NCBI GenBank assembly: GCA_002633005.1
Contig: NMRA01000397.1
Location: 1-64,000, forward strand
Direction of reading: 5' to 3'
Source: Phoronis australis
Lineage: Eukaryota; Animalia; Phoronida
Length of the DNA: 64,000 bases
How positions within the stretch are numbered: position 1 is the first letter of the stretch; every line of letters begins with the position of its first letter. Positions 47,080-59,610 of this stretch are shown here, one piece after another. A program made the position numbers and the translations under genes. The notes below the pieces were generated by a model, which worked only from the letters and a program-made list of their open reading frames with translations, was not told the origin of the DNA and made no database searches.

Positions 47080-50000
47080 GTAAGGTGCATTAATGATTGT
47101 GGAGGTATAAATCAGTAGTAATTTGATTTTTTACTAATTGCAATCAGGGCCCATAATTTTCCAGGGCAAAGAATATTAATATCCACAAACCCTAAGGAAG
47201 GTAAAGATTACTGTTTTACGAACATCTTCAGACATCTTCATCTAATCAACTTCCTCAAACTCTGGCCTTCGGCCATTATGAATTAAACCCTTGGAACACC
47301 ACATTTGCCTGCCTGTTGTCACCAATTTCATTCGTAACCTGTTGTCACTATCATTGCCAGTTTCGCAGGTCCCCAGCTACCGCATGTAATGTTTTAGATT
47401 TGCTGGGAGGCACATTTATTATTCTATGTACTGTCAGATTAAAAGGATTCCAACCAGGGCTGGGACTGACTAATGACAAAGAAAAGAAAATTTTCCAGGC
47501 GATGTATCGTTACACAAATAGACTTGTGTGATAGAAATAGTTTTTGTGTTGTAAAATTTAACTGAAATAAACATTTTTGTATGAATGAAGTTAAGATAAC
47601 GATAAACAGGAGATGAAAAAGGAAGAAACTGTAAATCAAATGAAAGGAAATCAAAACCAAAAAAGAGGATATCCTCTTAAAAGAGAAAAATTTCAAGCGT
47701 TAACCAACCTATTGATAGATATTAAAAATGACTTTCAAATCCAGTTCTCTGAATCAAATACTAGTAGTGGTCTGTAATCCTCTACAACCCTCAAAAGTTT
47801 GGAGGAAAATTGAGAACTCCTTTCAAAGTTTGTCAAACGGTCAAGCATGGCCTACACTTTTTGTGAATCCAGTATACAGTAACTGTAGGTAATGACCACC
47901 TACCAAGGACCAATAATGTGCAATCTGTGAAATAAGGAGTAGGAAGTTTCAGTTGATTCCTGCCTTGAACTTGGAAGGGTGACACCAATAATGCATTAGC
48001 AGGTGATAGAACGTGGATTGGTGGAAATTATCACAACAGGGATTAGTATCCTTTTAAATAAACAGTTTTTATTCCCTTTTTTATATAGGCTGTTCATATG
48101 GTTGATTTATTCAAAAAATATTTTAAAAATTTAAAAGAGTGCATTTAGCAATTATAGAAAATGCTTAGAAACTGTAAACTTAAATTTAATAAAAGTGTAT
48201 ATTTTCTGAAAGTAGAAAGCCTGTAGAATTTGTTTTAAGCTTTTTACCAATCTGCTAATAATTAAGTCACGTCTTTTTAATAAATTAAGCGAAAGAGAAA
48301 GGTACGTAAAGTAAAACAATGGTATCATTAACATGATCAAATTTTATTTCATGTAAATGTTCAAAGTGAAATATCAAAAACGCTTTTACAGTTTTGGTTT
48401 TCATTTTATGCAACTTTTTTCATGAAAATTATGAAAGTCCTATTTTATGATATCCCTTGTGAAGAATTGAAAATTTTAAAAACAATTCCTGACAGCATTT
48501 TAAAACAATAGATAAAGCATTGTATCTTAAAGTTTCATATGAATCCAATTAGCCATTTCTGAGATATGATGTTCCAAAGTTAGCCAAATGTGGCCATTTT
48601 TAAAGGGTCCTACATAATTAATTGTTAATTGGGAAGCACGAATACAGATCAATAATTGTCTTGTCTGTTCATGTTGGTATCAATTTCTTCTGCAAAGGCA
48701 TTGGTTTACTTTGTCATTTTTCCTCAACATAGCCTTCAGCAATCATATTTTGCAGTATGCAAACTGAGCTTGTCAAGGATTTGTTTGTAGAAACTAATTA
48801 TAGCTGATCAAGACCCTTGCTGGGAATTAGTTGATCAATGTTAACCTGCTTTACACACATATGTACGGGTTCCTGTACACTTATGTTTGTGAAACCTCTC
48901 TGATAGCTCTGGCTTTCTAAATTTGTTACATTTCCCTTACACACCCATTTCAGTCCCCATTGCCAATGGATGGCAATGCTTTTAATCTGTTTTCATTGGT
49001 GCTTTAAAAAATACACATATCTGTCAGTACTAATGTATGTTATAAAAACTAAGGCTATGGAGAAATTCATGTTGTGATTTGCATTTGTTTCATCTTATCT
49101 TTCTAATCATGAAATAATTGACTTCCAGCATGGTTACTCACTACGTTTCCACTGTCCAGAAGAAGACTGTTGTTACCATAGCAGCTCTGATAACAACACC
49201 AAGTACTTCACCAATATGAAACTGTTGAGGCAGCACTACTTGATAAAGCATGGAGAGGCTACACACACCTGTGACAAGTGTGGCCTGAAGTTCAGCCTTC
49301 AACGCCTGTTGGTGGCCCATTTGCCAACATGCGGCATGAACTTTGCATGCGGCAGCTGTGACATGACGTATCCCTGCCGGACGAGCCTTCTCACCCACTG
49401 TCACAGGGCCCGCCACACTCTGCCAAAGAAGTATAGAACGGCCAAATCCAAGTATGTGAAAGATTCATTGTGTTCTGCACAAAAATAATTACTAAAACTA
49501 TCATTTCTCAATTTTTCAAATGCCATAGTTTGCTACAAATATTCAAAAGCTGCGTGGTACAAATCATGCTATAATGATAAATTGTAGGGGAGAGTGTGAC
49601 AAGTTGAAACATTTCCCTTATTATGCACCCACATATTTCTATGTGGGTACATATTACCATCATCTCTGTGTGGGCGTCCAGCGTGAAGGCATCCGGCGTC
49701 CGCAGAGATATCTCCTAAAGCAGTGGCAGGGTCTTGATCAGATTTGGCAGGTGTGTTCCTATTAAGCTGATGACAGATGACAACAAATTTCAGACGGATC
49801 TGACTCCTGGTGTGGCTTCTAGTGGCAATTTTAGTTTTACAGTAATATGTTTTCCTCTGTATCTTCAAAGGTCCTCAACGCATTTTCATGAAATTTGGCG
49901 CATAGGTTTGCATTAGTAAGATGATGCTATCCTTCCGTTTTCAGATGGATTCAAAGTATTTTGCACCACCTAGTGGCCATGTTTTCTGTTTTCGAATCTG

Positions 50001-53000
50001 TTGGCGTCCGCCTCTCTCTCAGCCAAACCACTTTAAGGATAACTGTGAAAATTGGCATATATGTTCATAGTGTGAAGAGGGTGGTTGGCAATAGTTTTCC
50101 AATGACTGACTACAGTGGCGCCTCCTGGTGCCATTTTGTTACATGCACAGCTGTATCATCTATTACCCTTACTGGATGTTGATGAGATTTGCAGGGCTTG
50201 GAATTTTCCGCGGAAACGCGGATTTCCGCTTTTTTCAAATGTTCTGTCCGTGCATTTTATCATATTTTCGCGTAAAAAAAATCGGATTTGATATAAAATT
50301 TCCGCGTCAAATTCCTGTCTTACCGCGGCGTTGCAGACGACATTCACCTCGAAAAGTGGAAGTTGCTCTTTATGTTTTGGAGGAATGTAAATTGTCAACA
50401 TTGCCGGGGCATCTGGGATAGCGTGGTGGGATTTTCAATGGCGTCTCGTGTTATTGTAAACCGCGGCGACAAATTCTACGGCTCTGCAGCCAAAAATGTG
50501 TGGGGGTGGGAGTGGACGGTCTAAAAAGACGCAGACGCGTGCTACTGATGGTGGTAAATTTTTTTTTATTTTTTTAGTCCTCCCGATTTTTGTCGGCGAA
50601 AGGTTCACATCGACTATTTCAAGGCTGAGCAGCGGGCCGTAAAAGTTTTTCAGCGTTTTTTGTCATTGGTCATTCCAAGCCCTGATGGATTTGAGGTATG
50701 TTGTGCCACCTAGTGACCATTTTTACTGTTTTCAAGTCTGTTTTTTTTGCATTCTAAGGATGATTGTGAAAATTGGCACATATGTTTCCATAGTTCCTAC
50801 TGCAGGATCTTCGTGAGCAAGTTTATTTAGTTGACTAGGGATGACAATGACTTTCTGACGGATCCACCTAACGCTGTGCCCTCTGGTGGCAATTTGATTT
50901 TTTTAGTTTTCTTTGTTTCTTTAGAGTTCCTGAACGGACTTTTATGCAACTTGGTAAGTAGGCTGCTATTAAAGAAGCAATGACATGTTCCCGTTTTCAG
51001 AGGGATTTGATGTAGTTTACACCCCCTAATAGCCATTTTTACTGTTTTCGATAATGTTTTTTGTCATGTGCACGCCTTTATTCACCAAACCACTTTAAGG
51101 ATGATTATGAAAATTAACATATGAGCTCCTACTGAGAAAAGGCTGGCTTACCATTGTCTTGAGACAGCTCCAACTACAGTGGTTCCTCCAAGTGGCAATT
51201 TTTGTGTCCGTGGCTATATCTCCTAAACCCCCTTCAGTAACTTTGTCAATGTTTTTCTATCTTCTTCGGTATCTCTGGAGTATAGCGATGACATCTTTCC
51301 ATTTTCAAATGGACTTGATGTAGTACACGCCACCTAGTGGCTATTTTTATAGTATTTGAGTCTGTATTTAGCAAAAGAATTCTCAAGATAATCATGAAAT
51401 TGGTCATATATGTTCTTACTGGGAAAGGGACAGCTGACTATAATTTTTAATAGTGCCTAATGCATATTTTGCATCTGTGGCTGTGGTTCTTACTGGCATT
51501 TTGTATCTTCGGAGATTTAAGATGGACTTTCATGAAATTTGGCAAGTAGCTTTAAGAGACGACGAGTTGGGTTCAATGTATTCTGTGTCATTTAATGGCC
51601 ATTGTTATGATATTAAATACACCCCCTAGAAGCACACTGTTTGTGGTGCAGTTGTGGGCGCATTTTAATGCTCCGTGTTGTTCTTGTAGCACAATTTTGC
51701 CTAAATTATAAGACTTATTTTATTCCTTAATATTATGCATGGTGATTATCCAGTCTTTCTGATTCATTGTGAGTATTTGAGAATCTATACTTTATAATAT
51801 GTATGCGTGTAGTAAGTGCTACAAAACAGTTAGTAGAATGTTACATTTTGCCCCATATGCAAGGTGTATTGCAACACACGTTGGGGTATATTGCAACAGC
51901 TACAGTCATTCTGAGCTCTTACATTCTGTGGATATACTCGTCTAAATATATGCGGTCAATTATATGTTATATTTAAGTAAATCAGATACACTGTGCCCTC
52001 CAAGTGTGGTGTTCTACTACACCAACATTGCAATGCATGTAATGGTAGAGTGTAGTGATGTAACTTCAGCTTGTACTGAAAGCTCATGTATTAAGATAAG
52101 TCTTTATTCAGCTCACTTCATCGGAGTAACTGATGACAAGTACAAGGATTTCTAAAGTAAACCTCACCCTTGGACTGAGCGAAACTGGTTGTCTATGTGT
52201 CCGGTTTTAATTAGTGTATGTGAAATTGACTTCACACTAGTTTTAACTTTGTAATGAAACATATGCTAGTGTTTAACGGAGGGGGCATACATGTTTAAAT
52301 TGAAAACCTCATGCCACATGTTCCAATTCTTTGCACGTAATACACTACATTCTGCCTTTACTGCAGGATCTTTGCTAATGGGGTAAGGTGGAACAACTAT
52401 CCCCAGCTAATTTGTTTCATCTGTGTACCACTTGCCATTGTGAAATGAACATAATTTGGAAAGAATGCACAGGATATACACTGCTAGGGCAATATCAAAT
52501 ACTTTGAATAGAAACAATTTCACACTTAAACCATAGCTGGCTCCATGTTTTTGAGTAACTCTGGGAGGTTACCTGGCACAATACGATATGAATAGTGGAC
52601 GTTAAATGATTCTAGTTTCAGAGATATGTTGACTATTAAATTTACCTGTATTACAACCAGTCTCGATGTCCCCTACTTGTTTGTTAACTGTGACTGAATC
52701 AAAGATACTAATACAGGTCATATTTTTGGAATGAATAAGTGACCCACATTTTATACTGGCTTTTAGTGAATCATATCTCATACCCGAAACTTGTTGATTG
52801 CAGTAACTTCCATTGCCCCAGTGTTGACTCATTTCCTAAACAGTCTAGTTTATAAGCGTGTTTTGTATTATTGAGTTATTGTGTAAATTGCTTAACAACC
52901 CAAAATGTTGCCATTCATAGGATATATGACGCGACCCCTCCTGCAAAGACGCTGGTGATAAATTTGCTGCAAATCAAACATGATGCTCAAGCAAATTTCC

Positions 53001-54334
53001 TCACCAGTGAACTCGACACAAAAGAGAAGTTACGCCCTCTATTGCCAAAGCCAACAGTAATCAAAAGGCTGACTTCATCATCCATGAACAAACAGAAGCC
53101 AGTTGCTTGTTCCAGAACAGATGTTTTGCCATTGTTCAAAGTTGATAGGCCACAGAGCAACGTCCTTCAAAAGGACAGCAATTCAAATATGTCAGTTGGT
53201 TTGCAGGTCGGTGCTCCAAGACTTCAGACCAAAGTGGGGACGGCAACACAAACTTCCGGTGAATACGTTTTGAAGACAGCAATGCAATCTGCCTCTATTC
53301 CTGTATGCCACTCCCATAAAGGCTCTCAAGTCTCCCCGCGAGCCAAAACGAAGAAAGCCTGCAAGCGCTATCAGTCATCTGATGGTAGATGTCAAAGTTC
53401 AAAAAGAAAACACCAGTTGACACAAATTGATACTGTGCATAGTAGCAAGATCAAGATTCCCAGATCATCAACAAGTACAGATACCTCCACTATAAACCTG
53501 TACTCAGACTGCGCAGATTTGGACCTGCTGTCAAGTACAGACATACAAACACAGACAATGAGCCTGATGCAGGATTTGGAGGATTGTTTAGCCAGCACTA
53601 TATCCACACAGACATTTGACAGTTTCTTACTGGAGAGAAACCAAACAATACAGCAGACTGCAGAGACACAAACTGCTCTCCGCCATGTTGCCAACAGCTT
53701 CATTCAAACTGATCTTCCTTTTGGCAGTGAAGAATTTGTGTCATCTTCTCCAAGCTTGAATGCCTTTCAGGACGACATCTCCTTAAATCACACTACTGAG
53801 ACAAGCTTCTCTCTCTCTATGTCACCTATAGAGCCCAATAGCCGTGAGAACTGTTCTGACCTGGTGGAGATACTGCAGTCCATGGGTACACAGACCATTG
53901 ACTTTGACTCTGACAACTTCCTCCATAATCCCAGTGCATCCGTTTCACTCACCAATACCGAGACTCAAACTGTTGATCTACTGGAGCAGTTTCTACGAAA
54001 CATGGAAACGCAAACGCCAATAACTGACTTTGCATTCTTTAATGCCTGTAGCAATTCAATGGGACATGACACCTGTACTGGCACACGGGAGTTTGCCTCC
54101 ACTAGTACCCAGGCATATGGTACTTCAGCGTATGACCCAGTCGCTCTCATGGATCTGGATGCTACCAGTGCCTCCACTCAGACTGTACTGAGAATGCCAG
54201 TTCATCCAAATACACAGGCCACCAATACAGAGACGCAGACTATACTAGATGACTTTAATGACATGCTTGTTAACACATTCAGCACTTGGACGCAGACATT
54301 GGAAAACAATGCTGACACAGAGACTCAGACTTAG
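46885..54334 (+). CDS. ATMIN: ATM interactor / ASCIZ zinc-finger protein; join 46885-47079, 49129-49451, 52921-54334 (643 aa)
   Basis: Four C2H2-type fingers (CNVGDC...H..EH; HCPEEDC...QHYLIKH; CDKC...HLPTCG; CGSC...LTHCHRARH), then a long S/T/Q-rich tail with 11 TQT motifs. Splice phases are consistent. Confidence 0.9.
49129..49451 (+). CDS. ATMIN: ATMIN zinc-finger exon
   Basis: ttccag|CATGGT...TCCAA|gtatgt. Confidence 0.9.
49618..51686 (+). mobile_element. HINE copy/copies in ATMIN intron with nested hAT-like MITE
   Basis: 5' atgcacccacatatttctatgtgggtacat; 3' gtgggcgcattttaatgctccgtgttgttcttgt. Confidence 0.75.
50192..50684. mobile_element. hAT-like MITE
   Basis: TIRs cagggcttggaat and attccaagccctg. 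Flanks atgagatttg and atggatttg resemble a decayed TSD. Confidence 0.7.
52921..54334 (+). CDS. ATMIN: ATMIN last exon (LC8/DYNLL1-binding TQT region)
   Basis: catag|GATATAT...; long ORF ending ...NADTETQT*. Confidence 0.92.
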
Positions 54335-55056
54335 TACTTTTACTAGATTATCCGTGATTGGCAAAATTTTTTCCCTTGATGCAGTGTATATCTGGTCCTT
54401 TGTCTTGCATACAGTGAATAATGCGCTTACAAGGAAGTCGCGCATTTCTAAAGATGTGCGTGACTTTTCACCGCTTGTCCTTGTGAGCGGCTTTTACCAG
54501 GATCAAAGAGTGTGGTCTCTGTGTCGGATACAGATGTGATGACCGCCTTGTCCGGTGCGAGCAAGACCTAATTAAGTGTAATTACCTGACCATAAACTGT
54601 GGTAAAGATCTCTGCCTGTACAAAGGGGCACATTTTCAAAATGCATTAACCAATAATTTTCTTTAAAAATGAAGGCCACGGCGACATTCAGCTGGAAAGA
54701 CCGACCCCGTGTGGTTTTCGATTTTTAAAAATCGATGGACTTATAAGCTAAAAACAACAAACATTGAGTAGGATTGAAGATAAATGACTATTTGTACTCA
54801 GTGGATTTACAAATGCTGATCAGAGTTAACAATATTGTATGGATTATTTTTTTAATGTAATGTTCTTTCAATCTCGTTTAACCAGATTTTTGACTAGGAA
54901 ACAGTTGTCCTTAACTTGTGCCCACTCTTCATTTTTTGTGACTGACAAGCTAGAATAGTTAGTAGTCTATGCAACCGAAATTGTCCAGAGAGTCCAAATG
55001 TTCAGTTTGGCCATCACCATATTTGCACTTTCGCATGTATTTATGATTTGAGTTCT

Positions 55057-55062
55057 AATAAA
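55057..55062 (+). promoter_or_regulatory. Candidate ATMIN polyadenylation signal
   Basis: AATAAA ~720 nt after the stop codon. Confidence 0.35.
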
Positions 55063-55725
55063 GATAAAACTTGAACTAATGTCTGTGTAACTCTAATCTA
55101 GAGAGTTGAGGGATGGGTTCACAATTAACTATACAAATTAAGTTTTGCTGGCAATCAAAATTAACCACTGTTTTGGAGCTTCAAGTGTAATAATAAACTA
55201 TAAAGATATCAACACCTTCCCAGTAAGAAAAAAACAAGTAGATAGGAGTATTAAAATGAAATAACAAAAACCGGTATGAAACAATATTTGAAACCATTCC
55301 TTTTGAAAGTGTTTTATTTGAAGAGAAACACAAATTAACTTTTTAGGCATTTTGTAATATTTAAAATGTACCAAGTTAAAATTGCTCTCCGCAGACTGTA
55401 ACTCTGTGCAAATGCCAGAGAAAACCAATTTGGGTCGAATAACAACCATCATTGTTGAGACAGTAGTGTTAGCTATTACCTTTCCACTTCATTAATTAGC
55501 TCAGATCTACTTCAATACAAAGGGCGAGCTGAATAGGCATCATAGAAGTTGTCTGGGACTAAGGGAATCTGACCGGTGACCACTGTAAGTGAGAAATTCT
55601 CCACATGGAATCTAGCAGATAGGTTTTAGAAATGATGTTACTACATCTCTACGACTATAAACGGGTACAATACATATGATACAAACATTAATTAAGAAAA
55701 TACCTGTAAAATACAAAAAATAACA

Positions 55726-56033
55726 TTTTTATGCACTCACATAATTATATCTGGGCGCATTATGCCATCATCTCTGTCAGTCCAGCATCCGCTGCTCTAT
55801 CTCCAAAGCCTTTGATATATGTTTAAGAAATTTTGCACAAATATTCCTTTCGTGGATAAGATGGCTTAAGCAAACTTTCAGACGGATCTGACTATCGGTG
55901 TGCCCCCTAGTGGTAATTTTTATGTTGTATCTTGAAAGGTCCTCAATGGATTTTCGTAAAATTTGGCGAATAGGTATCTATTAGTGAGGTGATGCTACCC
56001 TCTTGGATATATTCAAGGTATTTTGCACCACCT
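55726..56033 (+). mobile_element. 3'-truncated HINE copy
   Basis: 5' atgcactcac...gggcgcattatg, catccgctgctctatctcc, gtgccccctagtgg. Confidence 0.75.
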
Positions 56034-58954
56034 AACGATAGTACCTTCTTGCAACCTTTACTACAAAGTTATCCAAGGGCAAGACCTGCTGCTGAAAGTT
56101 AATAAACGACGCATTTATTTGGGTACAGAGCACGGTCGCTGGGAATCGCTTAGAAGTGAAGTAATGGTCAATAATTCTGAGCTGGCCAAACGATAGCTTG
56201 ATGCTAGCCTCCCAGCTAGCTATATGAAGACTATAGTATACAGCTTTGTACCAAGGCTAGGTTGATGCGTAAGTATTTGTTAGGTCCTGCTTTGTATACT
56301 TTGGTAGTTATCGGGACATTGCACGGTCCCAGCACTTTAAAATCACCTCGATCCAATAAAGTAGTACTTGGTCCGAGAATTCACTGAGAAAGTGAAGAGT
56401 GTGAAACTTAAATGCAGACATAAATTCACCGAGTTGCCTTGTCTGTTGACATTAGGTAAGCCTATATTAAGATTACACCTACTAATTGCCATATATTGAC
56501 GACTCGCGTAGTTGTTTTCAATTGATAATTCATAAAACACTAAGAGAAATTACAAAGCAGTATCACTTTGAGATAGTACCACTGTCTCAACTGACCGCAG
56601 TAGAGACGGCAGTAGTCCAATAGGCCCTCCATATGCTGGAAGCTTTTTGGCGAATTGTGCCACATTGATTAAACCATCAAAGTCATATTGCTGCAACTAA
56701 CATTTGCAGATAGGGGGAACCTTAGGAGAACGTTAATGTCTTAAACTCTTCCCAGCTGTAGCGTTTTGAAATCACATCGAGGTCGACCTCCATGACAGCA
56801 AACCAATCACTAAAGCACTACACAGGTGATCACCAGAGTTTCCTAGTGCTCGAAACCAGGGTTGTACCCCTCATACCTGCGCAAAATGATATTGTAGATG
56901 AACAAAGAAACATATCGGAAAGAAATCTTGATTACCAAGAAAGTACTTGTTCAAGTTGGAAGGAATTAAAGACATCGACAGCCTCCTACTTAAGGCAGCA
57001 TGCCTTTGATGGTTTAGTGTGTGCGAGGTATGAGTTGCCGAAAGGCTTCTTGCTGCCCCTAGAAGACCATCTGTGCCACCAGTTATGGCCCAGTTCAGAC
57101 AACAATTCTGCTTTAGTGGCAAGTCGTGCATTTTGCTAGATTTAGCACTTACAACTTAGTTACAAACTCATGTCTCATGGGTTTGTAGCCTTGTTTACCT
57201 TCTTGTACCTTATTTGCAAACCTATATTTATTGACATAAAGTGGTATTATAATCTGAGAGATCAAGAGGCCTACCTTCTTGAGAGATATTATGCAACATC
57301 TGGAAGAAAATCCACTGCCAAAACCCCATTACCAGTAATCAAAATTTTGCTGCCCTACACAGGTTTACGAAGTAAAAGCACAAATGTTTTGTTGATCGAT
57401 TTTCAAAATTTAAAACTACATCAATTGAGGATAATTTTTGGTTACAAATTCCAATTTGCAACAACAAATTAAGTAATGAATTGCACGCGCAATCTTTGTG
57501 AAGGTGATTCATGTAGTTTGGTTATTATCGTGGCGAATTGTACCACCTGTATGCTTTGACATCTGTACCTGTAGTTAATAACTCCGTTATTGTAATTTCA
57601 TTTTTGCACTGTAGGTATGAAGTGGCACAAAGTGAAAGACTGGCAACAATGTCTAGAGAAGTGTCCACAGAGTCTGAACCTGAAGCTGTATCTGCAACAC
57701 CTGCAACGCCCCAGTTTGTTCAATGGTATTCTAGAAATTATTTTTTCATTGAATTGTGTTATTTACTTATATCTTCATCTACTATACTTGTGGCTATGAC
57801 AATACATGACAAGGAATGGAAATTTTGCGTTAGTTGAAAACTTCAAGTCAATTTTTATGAGGGTTACTAATTTAAATCAAATCATTCCAGTTTGCCATTG
57901 TTTGAAATATTAATGAACTTGCACTGATTAAGTCTTAACTGGCTTGGACTATGGACTGAATGATTGTATTTTCATCAAGATTTTGCTTCCCTAACTTTGC
58001 TCTTCATTGATTTTGAATTTATTCTACCTTATTAACACTTGAATTATTGTGCAAATATTGTAACTTGTTTTACTGAACTGACTCTGAACTTACTCACTAA
58101 GTATTGTCCTTAAAACACTTCAAACGTAACCAAATTTTGTTTGATGTTATCTTTACAGATATGACTGTGCTACTGCTGTTGAGAAGCCTGGTACCTCAAA
58201 ACTGGTCTCATCAACACCAACTGGTTTACATCCATTGACATTACTTAGGTGTGAAACTGTTATTCAAAATGAATACTTGTACTCTACGTTACTGAATTAT
58301 TTACTGACAGTGCTTTAGGAGCATGAGATGTCAAGACATAAAATTTAAAAGCCATCGGCTCATTTGACCATGTCTCTGACAATTATGAGCTTCTAAACTG
58401 CACCGATTGAAATATACCTGTTAAACGGGAACAAGGCAATCAAACATGCAAACTTTGATTCATATGTGCTGACCATTGTAACATTCGTAATAACAGTTTA
58501 ATCGTAAATACAAACCACATAAAATGTATGAAATCCATGCATGTAAACCAAAGAAACAGATAAAACAAAAACCAGGGGTATGAACTAATATGACTTAATT
58601 AATATGTAAACTTTTTTAGTGATAGTGGTCATCACTCGTTTTCCCAAGGAGCCCAGCACTAAGCTAAATGGCAACATAAAATGTATCTTTACAAGAACTA
58701 TGTTCTTACATGTTATTTGTATGTCTGATTTTTGTTCGTACCCTTGATTTGTTAGTTCGTGTGCATGACTTTTTGTTTGTACACGTCATGTTGTGGTTTG
58801 TTTGTAGGAATAAAGTGTTCTTCCTAATGATGCAGCGTTTTGTGCGTATGACTTGTATGTATGACTGCCTGGTACCCTTCTGTAATTGCTGACAAATGTT
58901 GAACTCGAGGTAAGTCTCTTTATCTTACCTTACTTGTAAACATGGTGGTATCTG

Positions 58955-59610
58955 CTACCCAGCGTCGTCGTCAGCTAGGAGTCCATCTTCGTCGTGGGTT
59001 TCGACCTTGACCTAGAACCTTCTCCGATGGTATGTCTCTGAAGGCTGATCAGGCCTCCAGCCGATGCTGGGTTTGCCATTTGTTTTCTCGTTGTAACCAC
59101 AGCCACACGGTTGCTTCCTCTGCTGCTCTTACAGTAGACTTGAACATATTAGCTCGCCCTCTTGATGAAATACCCAGTAGCTTCATGTTGCCTGTAATAA
59201 ACCCTCGACATCCAACTTCTATGGGAAGACAGAAGCATTTCCAACCATTGGATGCACATTCCTGTGATAGCTCTACATACTTGAGTAGTTTCCTCTCGTG
59301 AGCCTCCTGCACCCTAGTCTCCCACGGCACAGTTAACTCGATCAAGATCACTATCTTCTTGCTGTCTGGCCTTAACTGGGTTACTGCAATATGGCTCGGG
59401 AATGAACCCCTAGTAACCACATCCGTCACTATCTTCCAGTCAGCAGCCATGCCTAGAATGCCCCGAAACCATTCCCAATCCCTGTCTTCCATGGCAGGCA
59501 GTTCCCACAATGTCTTTATGTCATAACGTGTTCTCTGCCTCCTCCACTGCTACAGCAGCCTTCCACTTTCTGCCGATAATTCACTCTCTCTGATCATCTC
59601 ATCTCTCGAG
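58955..59610 (-). mobile_element. HERO-like RLE non-LTR retrotransposon 3' fragment
   Basis: ORF 59049-59510: LRPD...ILIELTVPWE...ERKLLKY...PIEVGCRGF...WLWLQRE; 3'-UTR GAAAC...CTGACGA. Confidence 0.88.

Noticed and set aside
53392-54177. Antisense ORFs over ATMIN
   Set aside because: Shadows of the long sense ORF with no independent evidence.
1-56033. Regularly spaced ~16-bp conserved motifs as a CRISPR-like array
   Set aside because: The intervening sequences are themselves repeated (three subunit types), the spacing is ~150 bp, there are no cas genes, and the context is eukaryotic. This is a TE-internal tandem repeat.
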